Part shown: in pieces, positions 32,850-40,945 of the stretch
Position numbering within the stretch: the first letter of the stretch is position 1
Layout of the letters: every line of letters begins with the position of its first letter
Source: Armatimonadota bacterium
GTDB lineage: Bacteria > Armatimonadota > Zipacnadia > Zipacnadales > UBA5352
Reading direction: 5' to 3'
Assembly (NCBI GenBank): GCA_050942735.1
Contig: JBMNNW010000001.1
Span: 82,535-146,534, forward strand
Length of the DNA: 64,000 nucleotides
Notes under the pieces: generated by a model
The model's database searches: none
What the model saw: the letters and a program-made list of their open reading frames with translations, nothing else
Told to the model about the DNA's origin: nothing
Program-made: the position numbers and the translations under genes

Positions 32850-33755
32850 ATGGTTGCGCTGCTGCTCGCATTGGCGCTGCTGCTGCCGCTGCCCGCGTCC
32901 GCTCAGGAGGAGCCGATCCCGCCTGAGGTGCCACCCCCGCCTCCGCTGGTGGACGAGATCATCCCCGCGGAGCCCGCCGCACCCACCCCCGAAGCGCCCG
33001 AGCCCCCGCGGTCGGCGGAGGACGAACTGATCGACCGCGCGATCCGCTACTACGAGCAGACCCAGCAGGCGCCGCCGGAGGTAGGGGCGTGGCTTGCCCG
33101 CAACCCGGTCTGGGGCGTCCTCGGATTCGTCGTCCGCTCCCTGAGCCGGCCGCTGATCTGGCTCTTCCTCTTCCTGCTGATCGGGTTCGGCGGGCGGAAG
33201 CTCCTCCGGCCCCTCCTCGGCGCTCGCCCGCCGGACGCAGATCAGGCGCGGGGCCATGCACGTGGCGAGCGTCCGGACGAGTCGCCAGAACTCGCTCGTC
33301 GGACCGCGGTCGCCGACGTGATCGCGTGGGTGGTCGCCCTGGCGATCGCGTGTGAGGCGGTGGGACTTCCGTGGTTCGGCTCGCTCTGGAGCGGGCTGAT
33401 GGAGCTTGCGGTGGCGCTGGTCGGCGCGATCGTCTGGCTGGGGCTGCTGATCACCCTCGCCGCGCTGATCGCGTGGTCTTTCAGCGGGCCCGGTCGCAGG
33501 CTGGTGCTGTCAGTGCTGGGATGGTTCTACCTGACGCGCAGCGCCAACCGACCGCCGGAGGACCACGCGTTCACGCTCCGTGACGGCCGGGAGGCGACCA
33601 TCCTGCGTACGGACGCCCTCCACTCTGCGATGCGGACTGTCGATGGCGAGGAGACGGTGACTGTCCCGAATGCCGAACTCATGGAGCAGTACTTCCACTG
33701 GGCCGCGCCTGAGCACAGGCGCGAGGCGGGCCGGGCCGCGGGTGAGGATGCCTGA
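32850..33755 (+). CDS. Mechanosensitive ion channel (MscS-like) family membrane protein with Pro-rich periplasmic N-terminus
   Basis: Signal/TM MVALLLALALLLPLPASA, three hydrophobic helices, then ...GEETVTVPNAELMEQ... beta-domain motif typical of MscS family. Confidence 0.6.
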   Translation: MVALLLALALLLPLPASAQEEPIPPEVPPPPPLVDEIIPAEPAAPTPEAPEPPRSAEDELIDRAIRYYEQTQQAPPEVGAWLARNPVWGVLGFVVRSLSRPLIWLFLFLLIGFGGRKLLRPLLGARPPDADQARGHARGERPDESPELARRTAVADVIAWVVALAIACEAVGLPWFGSLWSGLMELAVALVGAIVWLGLLITLAALIAWSFSGPGRRLVLSVLGWFYLTRSANRPPEDHAFTLRDGREATILRTDALHSAMRTVDGEETVTVPNAELMEQYFHWAAPEHRREAGRAAGEDA

Positions 33756-33758
33756 CAC

Positions 33759-33791
33759 CGGTACGTACAGACGCCCCGGTTGTTGGCGGAG
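33759..33791 (+). terminator. Hairpin after MscS-like gene
   Basis: cgccccgg-N17-ccggggcg inverted repeat immediately after stop 33755; no U-tract. Confidence 0.3.
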
Positions 33792-34068
33792 ATAGCCGGG
33801 GCGCGAGGCTCAGGGCATGCTGGGGGAAAACCTCGCTGCTGCCCGTCTGCCTCATTGAGCAATTCGACGGCCGCCACGAATCTCCTGCAGGACTCCCGCA
33901 GGACTTTATCGCGGCCTGCTTCTCGTGTTCGAGCTTCACCTTCGCGCAGAAAGATGGTAACATTCGTAGCATCTCGTGGAAACAATACTGCGGGGGACGG
34001 AACGGGGCAGTGGTGGGACTGCACCGCCTGCTGAGAACATGGGCCGTACGAATGAGGAGGGCGCATCG

Positions 34069-35172
34069 ATGACGCGATGGGTAATGTTCACAGTAGTGCT
34101 GGGACTGGTGGCGGGACTGCCCGCGCAGGCGCAACTGCCACAGACGCTGGACGAGATGAAGGCGCAACATGTACTGCTCGGGGCCCAGCCTGAGGGTGCG
34201 GTGAAGAACTTCATTGATGCTTGCTTCGTGTATGCCAACCCCGAAACGCGTCAGGTGGGGCGCGAGATGCTTCAGTACCTCGCGATCCCGCTTAAGAGCG
34301 AAGCGAACTGGGACAGGCTCCCGGGCAATCGGCTCTTTGCCGAGCGCCTCACCGACCAGAGCTACGCGCACGTCTGGCGCAGCTACGCGGTGGGGGCGAC
34401 GCCCGAGAACGGCTATCTGATGGACCCGGACAACTGGGAACTCAACGTGGAGCGCACCTATCGCCATGATGACGATGAACGCGGCCTGCAGGTCTACCTG
34501 CGCAGCGGCGGGGCGGACGCGCCACGCGTGGTCTATGTGAAGCAGAGCACCACCACTGGGCTGTGGTACGTGAACATCTGGCACACGCTCTTTGTGGACA
34601 TCCGCCCGCCGGTGGCGGCGCAGCAGGCGTGGGAGCCGGTGACCGACGTGGCCGTGCCCGAGGGGCTTCCGAAGACACTGAACGAACTGCGCGCGCTGCA
34701 TCAGCAGATCGGCGCGGAGCCTCAGGGCGCGGTCAAGTGCTTCCTCAACGCCTGCTTCGCGTACATGGACCCGCAGACACGCGACGAGGGCCGCAAGATG
34801 CTGCAGTACATGGCGATCCCGCTCAGCGGCGAGGCCTCATGGGACACACTCCCGAGCAACCGTCTCTTCGCCGAGCGGCTCACCGGTGCGAGCCACGCGC
34901 ACATCTGGCGCAGCTACGCGGTGGGCGCTACGCCCGAGAACGCGTATCAGATGAACGTGGACAACTGGCAGCTCAACTTCGAGCGCACCAATCAGCTTGA
35001 CAATGATCCGCGCGGCCTGCAGGTCTACCTGCGCAGCGGCGGCGCCGACGCCCCGCGCGTCGTCTACGTGCTGCAGAACGAGCAGTCGGGCCTCTGGCAT
35101 GTGAACATCTGGAACTCGCTCTTCGCCGGCATCCGCGCTCCCGTGGATCCGAACGTCGAGCAGTTCCAGTAG
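34069..35172 (+). CDS. Secreted protein of unknown function composed of two tandem homologous domains (about 170 aa each)
   Basis: ATG 34069 with GGAGGG RBS; signal MTRWVMFTVVLGLVAGLPAQA; repeat 1 (PQTLDEMKAQH...FVDIRPPV) and repeat 2 (PKTLNELRALH...FAGIRAPV) align colinearly at about 60% identity. Confidence 0.7.
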   Translation: MTRWVMFTVVLGLVAGLPAQAQLPQTLDEMKAQHVLLGAQPEGAVKNFIDACFVYANPETRQVGREMLQYLAIPLKSEANWDRLPGNRLFAERLTDQSYAHVWRSYAVGATPENGYLMDPDNWELNVERTYRHDDDERGLQVYLRSGGADAPRVVYVKQSTTTGLWYVNIWHTLFVDIRPPVAAQQAWEPVTDVAVPEGLPKTLNELRALHQQIGAEPQGAVKCFLNACFAYMDPQTRDEGRKMLQYMAIPLSGEASWDTLPSNRLFAERLTGASHAHIWRSYAVGATPENAYQMNVDNWQLNFERTNQLDNDPRGLQVYLRSGGADAPRVVYVLQNEQSGLWHVNIWNSLFAGIRAPVDPNVEQFQ

Positions 35173-35200
35173 TCTGCGACGTCCCCTTTCCGATCCACAC

Positions 35201-35230
35201 GGCCCGGCGCGCCCCTCGGTGCGCCGGGCC
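35201..35230 (+). terminator. Perfect 10-bp stem hairpin downstream of 34069..35172
   Basis: ggcccggcgc-gcccctcggt-gcgccgggcc about 30 nt after stop; no U-tract (common in high-GC genomes). Confidence 0.4.
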
Positions 35231-35347
35231 CGCTCATGGTACCCGTCGGCGGCACTCGCTCCCTCGCGCCTATCCTCGCGCACGTGGCAAAGGGCCCGCG
35301 CGGTCGGCGGCGAAACAAAGCCCATCGGCTGAGGGAGGATGATCGCG

Positions 35348-36601
35348 ATGGCAGACGAGGTCCGCATCGGGCTGATCGGCTGCGGGCGGATCATGCCCGC
35401 CCATCTGCGCGGCATGAAGCTGCTGCGCGAGGCGGGCTACGATCGCTTCCGCGTCACGGCTCTGATGGCCCGCAACATCGACGACGCGTTGCGCTTCCGC
35501 AGGCGCGGAGAGGGGCCGCCGCCGAGGCCGCCCGCATCGGAGAACCCAAACGATCCACTCGGTGTCGAGCACCGGTACGTCAGCGACGTTCACGAGGGCG
35601 AGGTCGAGGTCTATGATGATCTCGACGCAATGCTCGCCGAGGCGCCGATCGATGCGGTGGAGGTCTTCACCACGCACTCCACACACCACTCGATCGCCAT
35701 CCGCGCGCTCGAGGCCGGGAAGCATGTGGCCGTCGAGAAGCCGATGGCGCTAACCTGCGCTGCAGCCCGACGGATGATCGAGGCGGCAGAGCGCAGTGAG
35801 CGTACGCTGATGGTGCTGGAGAACCACCGCTTCTGGCCGCATGTGCGCGCGGCGGCGTGGGCGGCGCAAAGCGGGCTGCTGGGCGCGGTGCAGATGGTCG
35901 TGAGCATGAGCGTCGGGGCGGGGGAGTGGAGCCCGGACGTGATCCTCGGGCACACACCGTGGCGGCATGACCGGCTGGCCGGAGGCGGCTGCGCGACGGA
36001 CTTCGGCCCGCACCTGCTCGACTGGGCGCGGCAGGTCGGCGGCGAGATCGAGACGGTGTCCGCCGTCACGCGCTGCGTGGAGCCGGTCCGCCGGGAGTAC
36101 GATGACGCGGGCGAGGTGGTCCGGGAGATCGCCGCGGACGCCGATGACACGTTCTTCGCGCACCTGCAGTTCAGCGGTGGCGCAGTCGGCTCGCTGGGCT
36201 TCTCGGCGGCCGGGCACGGAGACCCGATCGCGCTGCCGGGCGGCCGCGCGGTCTACGGCTCGGCAGGGTGTCTGCAGCAGGGTAAGGCGATCCTCGACGA
36301 CGGCACCCGGGCACCGGTGGAGGAACTCTACCTCGGCCGCGCCGATCCGGCGGAGCCGGCGGCTCGTTTCCCGCTGGGTCTTCGCGATGCGTTCGCGCTG
36401 GAGACGCACCAGTTCGTCGAGGCGATCCGCTCCGGTGAGCGCCCGGAGCTTTCAGGCGAGGAGGGCCTGCGTGACCTCGCGGCGGCCTTCGCGATCCACG
36501 AGTCGGCGCTGGCGGGTTGCGAGGTGCGGGTCGATGACGTGGCCTCAGGAGCAGTCGCGGCATACCAGGACGAGCTCAACCGGCGGTGGGGTATCCGCTG
36601 A
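35348..36601 (+). CDS. Gfo/Idh/MocA family oxidoreductase
   Basis: IGLIGCGRI Rossmann motif, AVEKPMA motif; start at second ATG (35348) gives better RBS spacing to GGGAGG. Confidence 0.9.
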   Translation: MADEVRIGLIGCGRIMPAHLRGMKLLREAGYDRFRVTALMARNIDDALRFRRRGEGPPPRPPASENPNDPLGVEHRYVSDVHEGEVEVYDDLDAMLAEAPIDAVEVFTTHSTHHSIAIRALEAGKHVAVEKPMALTCAAARRMIEAAERSERTLMVLENHRFWPHVRAAAWAAQSGLLGAVQMVVSMSVGAGEWSPDVILGHTPWRHDRLAGGGCATDFGPHLLDWARQVGGEIETVSAVTRCVEPVRREYDDAGEVVREIAADADDTFFAHLQFSGGAVGSLGFSAAGHGDPIALPGGRAVYGSAGCLQQGKAILDDGTRAPVEELYLGRADPAEPAARFPLGLRDAFALETHQFVEAIRSGERPELSGEEGLRDLAAAFAIHESALAGCEVRVDDVASGAVAAYQDELNRRWGIR

Positions 36602-36688
36602 CCATGTGTAAGACGGACCGGCGAGGGGCCTGATCGTGAGCCCCCTCGCCGGTCGTACCGACGATGCGGCGAAGGTCGCGCCGGTTGG

Positions 36689-37429
36689 CTACTGAACCGT
36701 GATCTGATAGACCGGACCGACGCCGTCGGTCGCCGCCGTCGCCCCGCTGCTGTCCCTGACGACAATGCTGAAGCGAAGGGTCTTTCCGGCGGCACTGTTC
36801 ATCGGCGTTCCGCGCACAATACCCCGGGCCATGTCGATGGTCAGTCCGGAGAGATCGAAGTCGCCGCGGCCGGCGAAGGAGGCGTCCTCGAACCAGCTGT
36901 AGGGAGGTTCGCCTCCGTAGACGTGCAGGGATGCCCCGTAGGGCCGGTTGGCGCGCGCGGTGGGCAGCGTGATCACGGGGACGCCCATCGGCTGCTGGAA
37001 GGTCGTGAGCGGGGCGATCCCGTTGGATGGGAGCGGATCGACCTGGAGGTTGATCGTCCCTGTCGCCGCGCTCGTCCCGTCGCTGACGCGCATGTTGAAG
37101 GAGTATACGCGGCCGGCGGTCAATCCCTCACCACTGCCGCTGAAGACGCCGGTGGGGACGGAGACGGTCGTCCCCGGTGGGAACGCCGAACCGCTTGCGA
37201 TGCTCCAGTTGTAGCCGGAGAACGGCGAACCACCCGCGGCGAGCAGTGGCTGGGCCGTCACGAAGAAGCTCCCATCCTGCAACTGCTGCGCTCGAACGAT
37301 CTGTCCCGACACCACGCGCAGGGGGCTGACATTCGCGTTCGGCGTGGTCGAACCGCCGCCACAGCCGGACAGCGCTGCACCTGCAATCAGAAGGCCCGAC
37401 AACATCACTGCCGGACAAAACCGCGACAT
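36689..37429 (-). CDS. Lipoprotein with Ig-like (putative Ig/cadherin-like) beta-sandwich repeats
   Basis: ATG 37429; lipobox MSRFCPAVMLSGLLIAGAALSGC; Thr/Ser/Gly/Val-rich beta-strand repeats (..YSFNMRVSDGTSAATGTINLQV.., ..LRFSIVVRDSSGATAATDGVGPVYQITVQ). The longer ORF to 37756 is an upstream artefact. Confidence 0.7.
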   Translation of the reverse strand: MSRFCPAVMLSGLLIAGAALSGCGGGSTTPNANVSPLRVVSGQIVRAQQLQDGSFFVTAQPLLAAGGSPFSGYNWSIASGSAFPPGTTVSVPTGVFSGSGEGLTAGRVYSFNMRVSDGTSAATGTINLQVDPLPSNGIAPLTTFQQPMGVPVITLPTARANRPYGASLHVYGGEPPYSWFEDASFAGRGDFDLSGLTIDMARGIVRGTPMNSAAGKTLRFSIVVRDSSGATAATDGVGPVYQITVQ

Positions 37430-37643
37430 CTTCTGCACCCTCAATCCAGTGAGCGTTGCTACGGTCGGTGCGAGGCAATGCGGCGGTATTCGCTGCCGGG
37501 AAGCGTTCACCTCCCGGGGACAGGTCAGACTCTGGTGCCGCGCAGGCCGGCCGCGCAGGCCAGCCGCGCCGGTGGACGCCCAACACGGGCGGCGAAGGAG
37601 CGTTCTCAATTCCTGGTGTTCGCGACGGAGGCATCTGAGGCAC

Positions 37644-38330
37644 ATGCATACATATGACCGGATCATGGTCTGGGGCGCGCACCCCGACGACGAGATTCTG
37701 ATGGCCGGGACGATCGCCGCGCACGCCGACGCGGGCGCGCAGGTCGTGGTCGTCACGATCTCCCGCGGCGACGCCGGCTACTGCCGGGCGGAGTGGGCCG
37801 ACACGATCGCACAGAAGCGCCGTGAGGAGGCCGCCGCCTGCGATCAGATCCTCGGTGTTACCGAGCGCGTCTTCCTCGACTGGCCCGATCAGGGGGTGCG
37901 GCACGACTGGAAGCTCACCCGCCTGCTGATCGAGCAGATTCGAGCGCACCGCCCGCAGGTGCTCTTCACGCTCGGACCCAACGACCGGAATCGCGACCAC
38001 TCCTCTGTGCACGAGATGACCGATGAGATCGTCTGGCAGGCGGGGGAGAACATCCTCGCCGACCACGGTGAGCCCTACACGGTTCCGCTGGTTTTCATCT
38101 ACCACGGCCATGAGGGCATGGGGCCGTCGATCGAGGTGGACGTGACTGCGTGGGCGGCACGGAAAGCGGACGCGTGGCTCAGTCAGACCACGCAGGTGGA
38201 GATGCTCCCGCGTATCCGCGATCGGATGGCCGCGCTCAAGCGCCTGCAGGAGGACGGCGGCACCGACACCGAGCGCTTCGTACTCTGGACACGCAACACG
38301 CTGGGCGACTTCCCCGCGCTGCCCGAGTGA
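37644..38330 (+). CDS. PIG-L/LmbE family N-acetylglucosaminyl deacetylase
   Basis: IMVWGAHPDDEILMAG zinc-binding motif; family-typical size. Confidence 0.85.
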   Translation: MHTYDRIMVWGAHPDDEILMAGTIAAHADAGAQVVVVTISRGDAGYCRAEWADTIAQKRREEAAACDQILGVTERVFLDWPDQGVRHDWKLTRLLIEQIRAHRPQVLFTLGPNDRNRDHSSVHEMTDEIVWQAGENILADHGEPYTVPLVFIYHGHEGMGPSIEVDVTAWAARKADAWLSQTTQVEMLPRIRDRMAALKRLQEDGGTDTERFVLWTRNTLGDFPALPE

Positions 38331-38390
38331 TCGACGGCCGGCGGGACCCCGGCCCGGCCGTCGCGCGCTGCCACGGGCGTTGCCCGCCGC

Positions 38391-39884
38391 TCAGCCCGGC
38401 GGGAGCCAGCCGTCCTCGGCGTAGGCATCGGCGAAGTTCGCGAAGGTGCCGCTGCGGGTCCAGCGTTCGCGAGCAAGCGCGCGCCACTCGCGGGCTCGCC
38501 CGGCGACCTCCGGGGCGAGTTCTTCGAGGATCCGCTGCCCCGTCTGCGTTGAGTGCGCGTCGCAACGGTCCACCGCGCGCCTGAGCGTCTCGGGGTGATC
38601 GACGATCTGACAGGGGGCCAGCGGGTTGTCCTGCGTCGCCCGCTGCCCCTCGCGGATCGCCTCGAAGAAGTCGCTGCGCAGTGCGTCCAGCAGTGGCGTC
38701 TTCGAGTCCATCTCATGCACGTTGTCCCTGGAGTACATCATGAACACGCACGGGCAGATATCCCCCCGATGCGTGACGTGCAGGTAGCCCGCCGGTGCTC
38801 CGGCCGCCATGCAGCCCTTCGTGAGCGGCCCTGAGTTCCAGAAGTCGGCGACGAAGAGCGGCCGGCCCGTCAGCCACTGCCATGTCTTTCGCGCGACGAT
38901 CTCGCGTTGCCTCGGCGTCACCATCAGCGACAGGTCCGGGTCACGCCCGACCGGGACGTACATGAAGTACCACGCGTGCATGCAGCCCAGTGCGATCAGC
39001 GTGTCGATGAACTCGTCTGAGGCCACTGTCTCCCAGTTCCGCGAGGTATACGTCACCGACGCCCCGAAGAGGACGCGGTGCCTGCGCAGTGTCGCCATCG
39101 CCTCGATGATCCGCTCGTAGACGCCTTCGCCCCGTCGCGCGTCGGTCTGCTCCCGGTGCCCCTCAAGGCTGATCGCAGGGCTGACATTCCCCAGCGCCGC
39201 CATCTCCGCAGCCATCTCATCGCCGATCAGGGTGCCGTTGGTGTACATCAGGAACATCATGTCACGGTACTGCGCGAGGATCTCGCGCAGACCGCGGTCT
39301 TCTCCCGGAATGCGCTCCCACAGCAGCGTCGGTTCGCCGCCCGAGATCGTGACGAAGCGGCTTCCCCAGCCGCGCACTTCCTCGATGAGCCGCTCGATGG
39401 TCTCTCCGGGGAGGACAGGTTCGGCATCGCCGTAAGCGCCTGCGTAGCAGCCGGTGCAACTGAGATTGCATGACGCGAGCGGTGAGATCACGATGAATGA
39501 GGGAGCCGGGGTGCGATGCTGCGCCTCGAAGCGTCGCCGCTGGCGGGATCCCTCCCAGCTATGTGTGATGAAGAGGTCCGCCACCGCAACGCGGTAGTTC
39601 GGATGGCAGTCGCGTATGACGCGGCGGATCAGCTCGACCGCGGGGTGATCGGCCTCCACCGCCTCCTCCAGCATCGCAAGCTGCCTGCGGTGTTGCCACG
39701 ATGGCGCGACGCGCTTCCCGAAACGAGCGAGGCGGCGCAGATGGCTGACGAATGCATCTTCGTCCGAGCCCATCTCCACCACGGTGTTGAGGATGCGTCG
39801 CCTGATTCCCGCCATCGGTCGGAGTCTCACCTCCATCCGCTGAACGATGGTCGCCCCTGGCGCGTATTCTAAGCTTCGACGCAT
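38391..39884 (-). CDS. Radical SAM protein with about 130-aa N-terminal extension and C-terminal Cys-rich (SPASM/twitch-like) auxiliary domain
   Basis: CNLSCTGCY (CX3CX2C) at about residue 138, ISGGEPTLL and MYTNGTL blocks (MoaA/PqqE/anSME-like core), downstream Cys pattern GC...C-x16-CPC...C-x15-C. Start uncertain (ORF start coincides with + ORF start at 39884; an internal Met such as 39836 is likely). Confidence 0.85.
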   Translation of the reverse strand: MRRSLEYAPGATIVQRMEVRLRPMAGIRRRILNTVVEMGSDEDAFVSHLRRLARFGKRVAPSWQHRRQLAMLEEAVEADHPAVELIRRVIRDCHPNYRVAVADLFITHSWEGSRQRRRFEAQHRTPAPSFIVISPLASCNLSCTGCYAGAYGDAEPVLPGETIERLIEEVRGWGSRFVTISGGEPTLLWERIPGEDRGLREILAQYRDMMFLMYTNGTLIGDEMAAEMAALGNVSPAISLEGHREQTDARRGEGVYERIIEAMATLRRHRVLFGASVTYTSRNWETVASDEFIDTLIALGCMHAWYFMYVPVGRDPDLSLMVTPRQREIVARKTWQWLTGRPLFVADFWNSGPLTKGCMAAGAPAGYLHVTHRGDICPCVFMMYSRDNVHEMDSKTPLLDALRSDFFEAIREGQRATQDNPLAPCQIVDHPETLRRAVDRCDAHSTQTGQRILEELAPEVAGRAREWRALARERWTRSGTFANFADAYAEDGWLPPG

Positions 39885-40360
39885 TGCACTTCAAGTGCCC
39901 CCCGGCCTGGAGGACTGTGGCGCCTGCTTCGCGAAGCCCGCGAGCGGAGGTGGTTGCCCTGGGCGGAAGCTATGTTCTGGTGATGCGTCTCGACCGCGAC
40001 TGTGTCATCAGGGTCGGCGCCCTCGGTGACGTTCGCTTCCCGGCCGGCATGTACGCCTACGTCGGCTCGGCGATGGCCGGTCTCGACGCCCGCATCGCCC
40101 GGCACCTGCGCGACGACAAGCGGCTGCACTGGCATGTGGACTACCTGCTGCAGCACGCCGAGGTGCGGGAGGTCGTGCGGGTGGAGAGTGACGAGCGGCT
40201 CGAGTGCCGCATCGCGACGGCGCTGGCCGGTCGGCTCGCCGGCGTCGAGGGCTTCGGCTGCTCGGACTGCGGCTGTGAGAGCCACCTCCTCGGCCCGGCG
40301 TCTGAGGGCGCGCTCAGCGAGGCCATCGCGCGGGCAATCGATGCCATCCGACAGGCCTGA
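39884..40360 (+). CDS. DUF123 / GIY-YIG-like nuclease superfamily protein
   Basis: GMYAYVGSA, RIARHLRDDKRLHWHVDYLL motifs match the DUF123 GIY-YIG-like family pattern; C-terminal Cys cluster (CSDCGCESH). True start probably downstream of 39884 (alternative start codon near 39940-39980). Confidence 0.6.
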   Translation: MHFKCPPAWRTVAPASRSPRAEVVALGGSYVLVMRLDRDCVIRVGALGDVRFPAGMYAYVGSAMAGLDARIARHLRDDKRLHWHVDYLLQHAEVREVVRVESDERLECRIATALAGRLAGVEGFGCSDCGCESHLLGPASEGALSEAIARAIDAIRQA

Positions 40361-40432
40361 GCCCACCGGGCGGCGAACTCTCCCTGACGGGAGGCAGCGC
40401 TGCGCGAGGACGGAGAAACCTGAGGTGGAGGC

Positions 40433-40864
40433 ATGAGGCGCGAGGAGTTGGTCACACATGAGCGGCAACTGCACTCGTTGGGCGATGTCATCGAGGGATA
40501 CGCGCAGCTTGGTGTCCGCGTGGAAGAGGAGCACAGGCGCGTCCCGGCACACCGTCTGATCGCCACGCAGAACGCGATTGAGCTGGAGAAGTATGAGCTT
40601 GTGCTCGAACTGGTTCGCGAGGGGAAGCTCGACGTTCCGGTGCTGGTTGAGGAGCACTTTGTCGGCGACTCGGGCTACGTGCGCTACCTGATCGACGGAC
40701 ATACTCGGACGCGGGCGAACATAGAACTCGGGCGCACGACGGTGGACGCTTTCGTCATCTACTCGAAGGCGGGCACCTGGGAATCCAACTTCGTCCGGGT
40801 CGCCGAGCATTACGGAAACACGTTCGTCAAGGATCTCCCGATCCGCCCGCGTCACGGGGAGTAG
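40433..40864 (+). CDS. ParB/Sulfiredoxin-fold (ParB-like nuclease domain) small protein
   Basis: YLIDGHTRTRANIELG matches the ParB N-terminal-domain catalytic motif (DGxHR); GAGGTGGAGG RBS before ATG. Confidence 0.6.
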   Translation: MRREELVTHERQLHSLGDVIEGYAQLGVRVEEEHRRVPAHRLIATQNAIELEKYELVLELVREGKLDVPVLVEEHFVGDSGYVRYLIDGHTRTRANIELGRTTVDAFVIYSKAGTWESNFVRVAEHYGNTFVKDLPIRPRHGE

Positions 40865-40945
40865 GTCCTCAACCCCGCGCAACCGCCGGGCATCACCGCC
40901 GTAGAGCACCTGTCGCGCATCGAGGCTGCGCCGAGGTGAGATCTG

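Noticed and set aside
30280-32934. 884-aa minus-strand ORF covering URO-D and GH-propeller genes
   Set aside because: Antisense artefact spanning two well-supported + genes.
38391-39884. Radical SAM gene as the anaerobic sulfatase-maturating enzyme for the two sulfatases in the window
   Set aside because: CX3CX2C position (about residue 138), long N-terminal extension and non-SPASM Cys spacing do not fit canonical anSME; left as an alternative hypothesis in findings.
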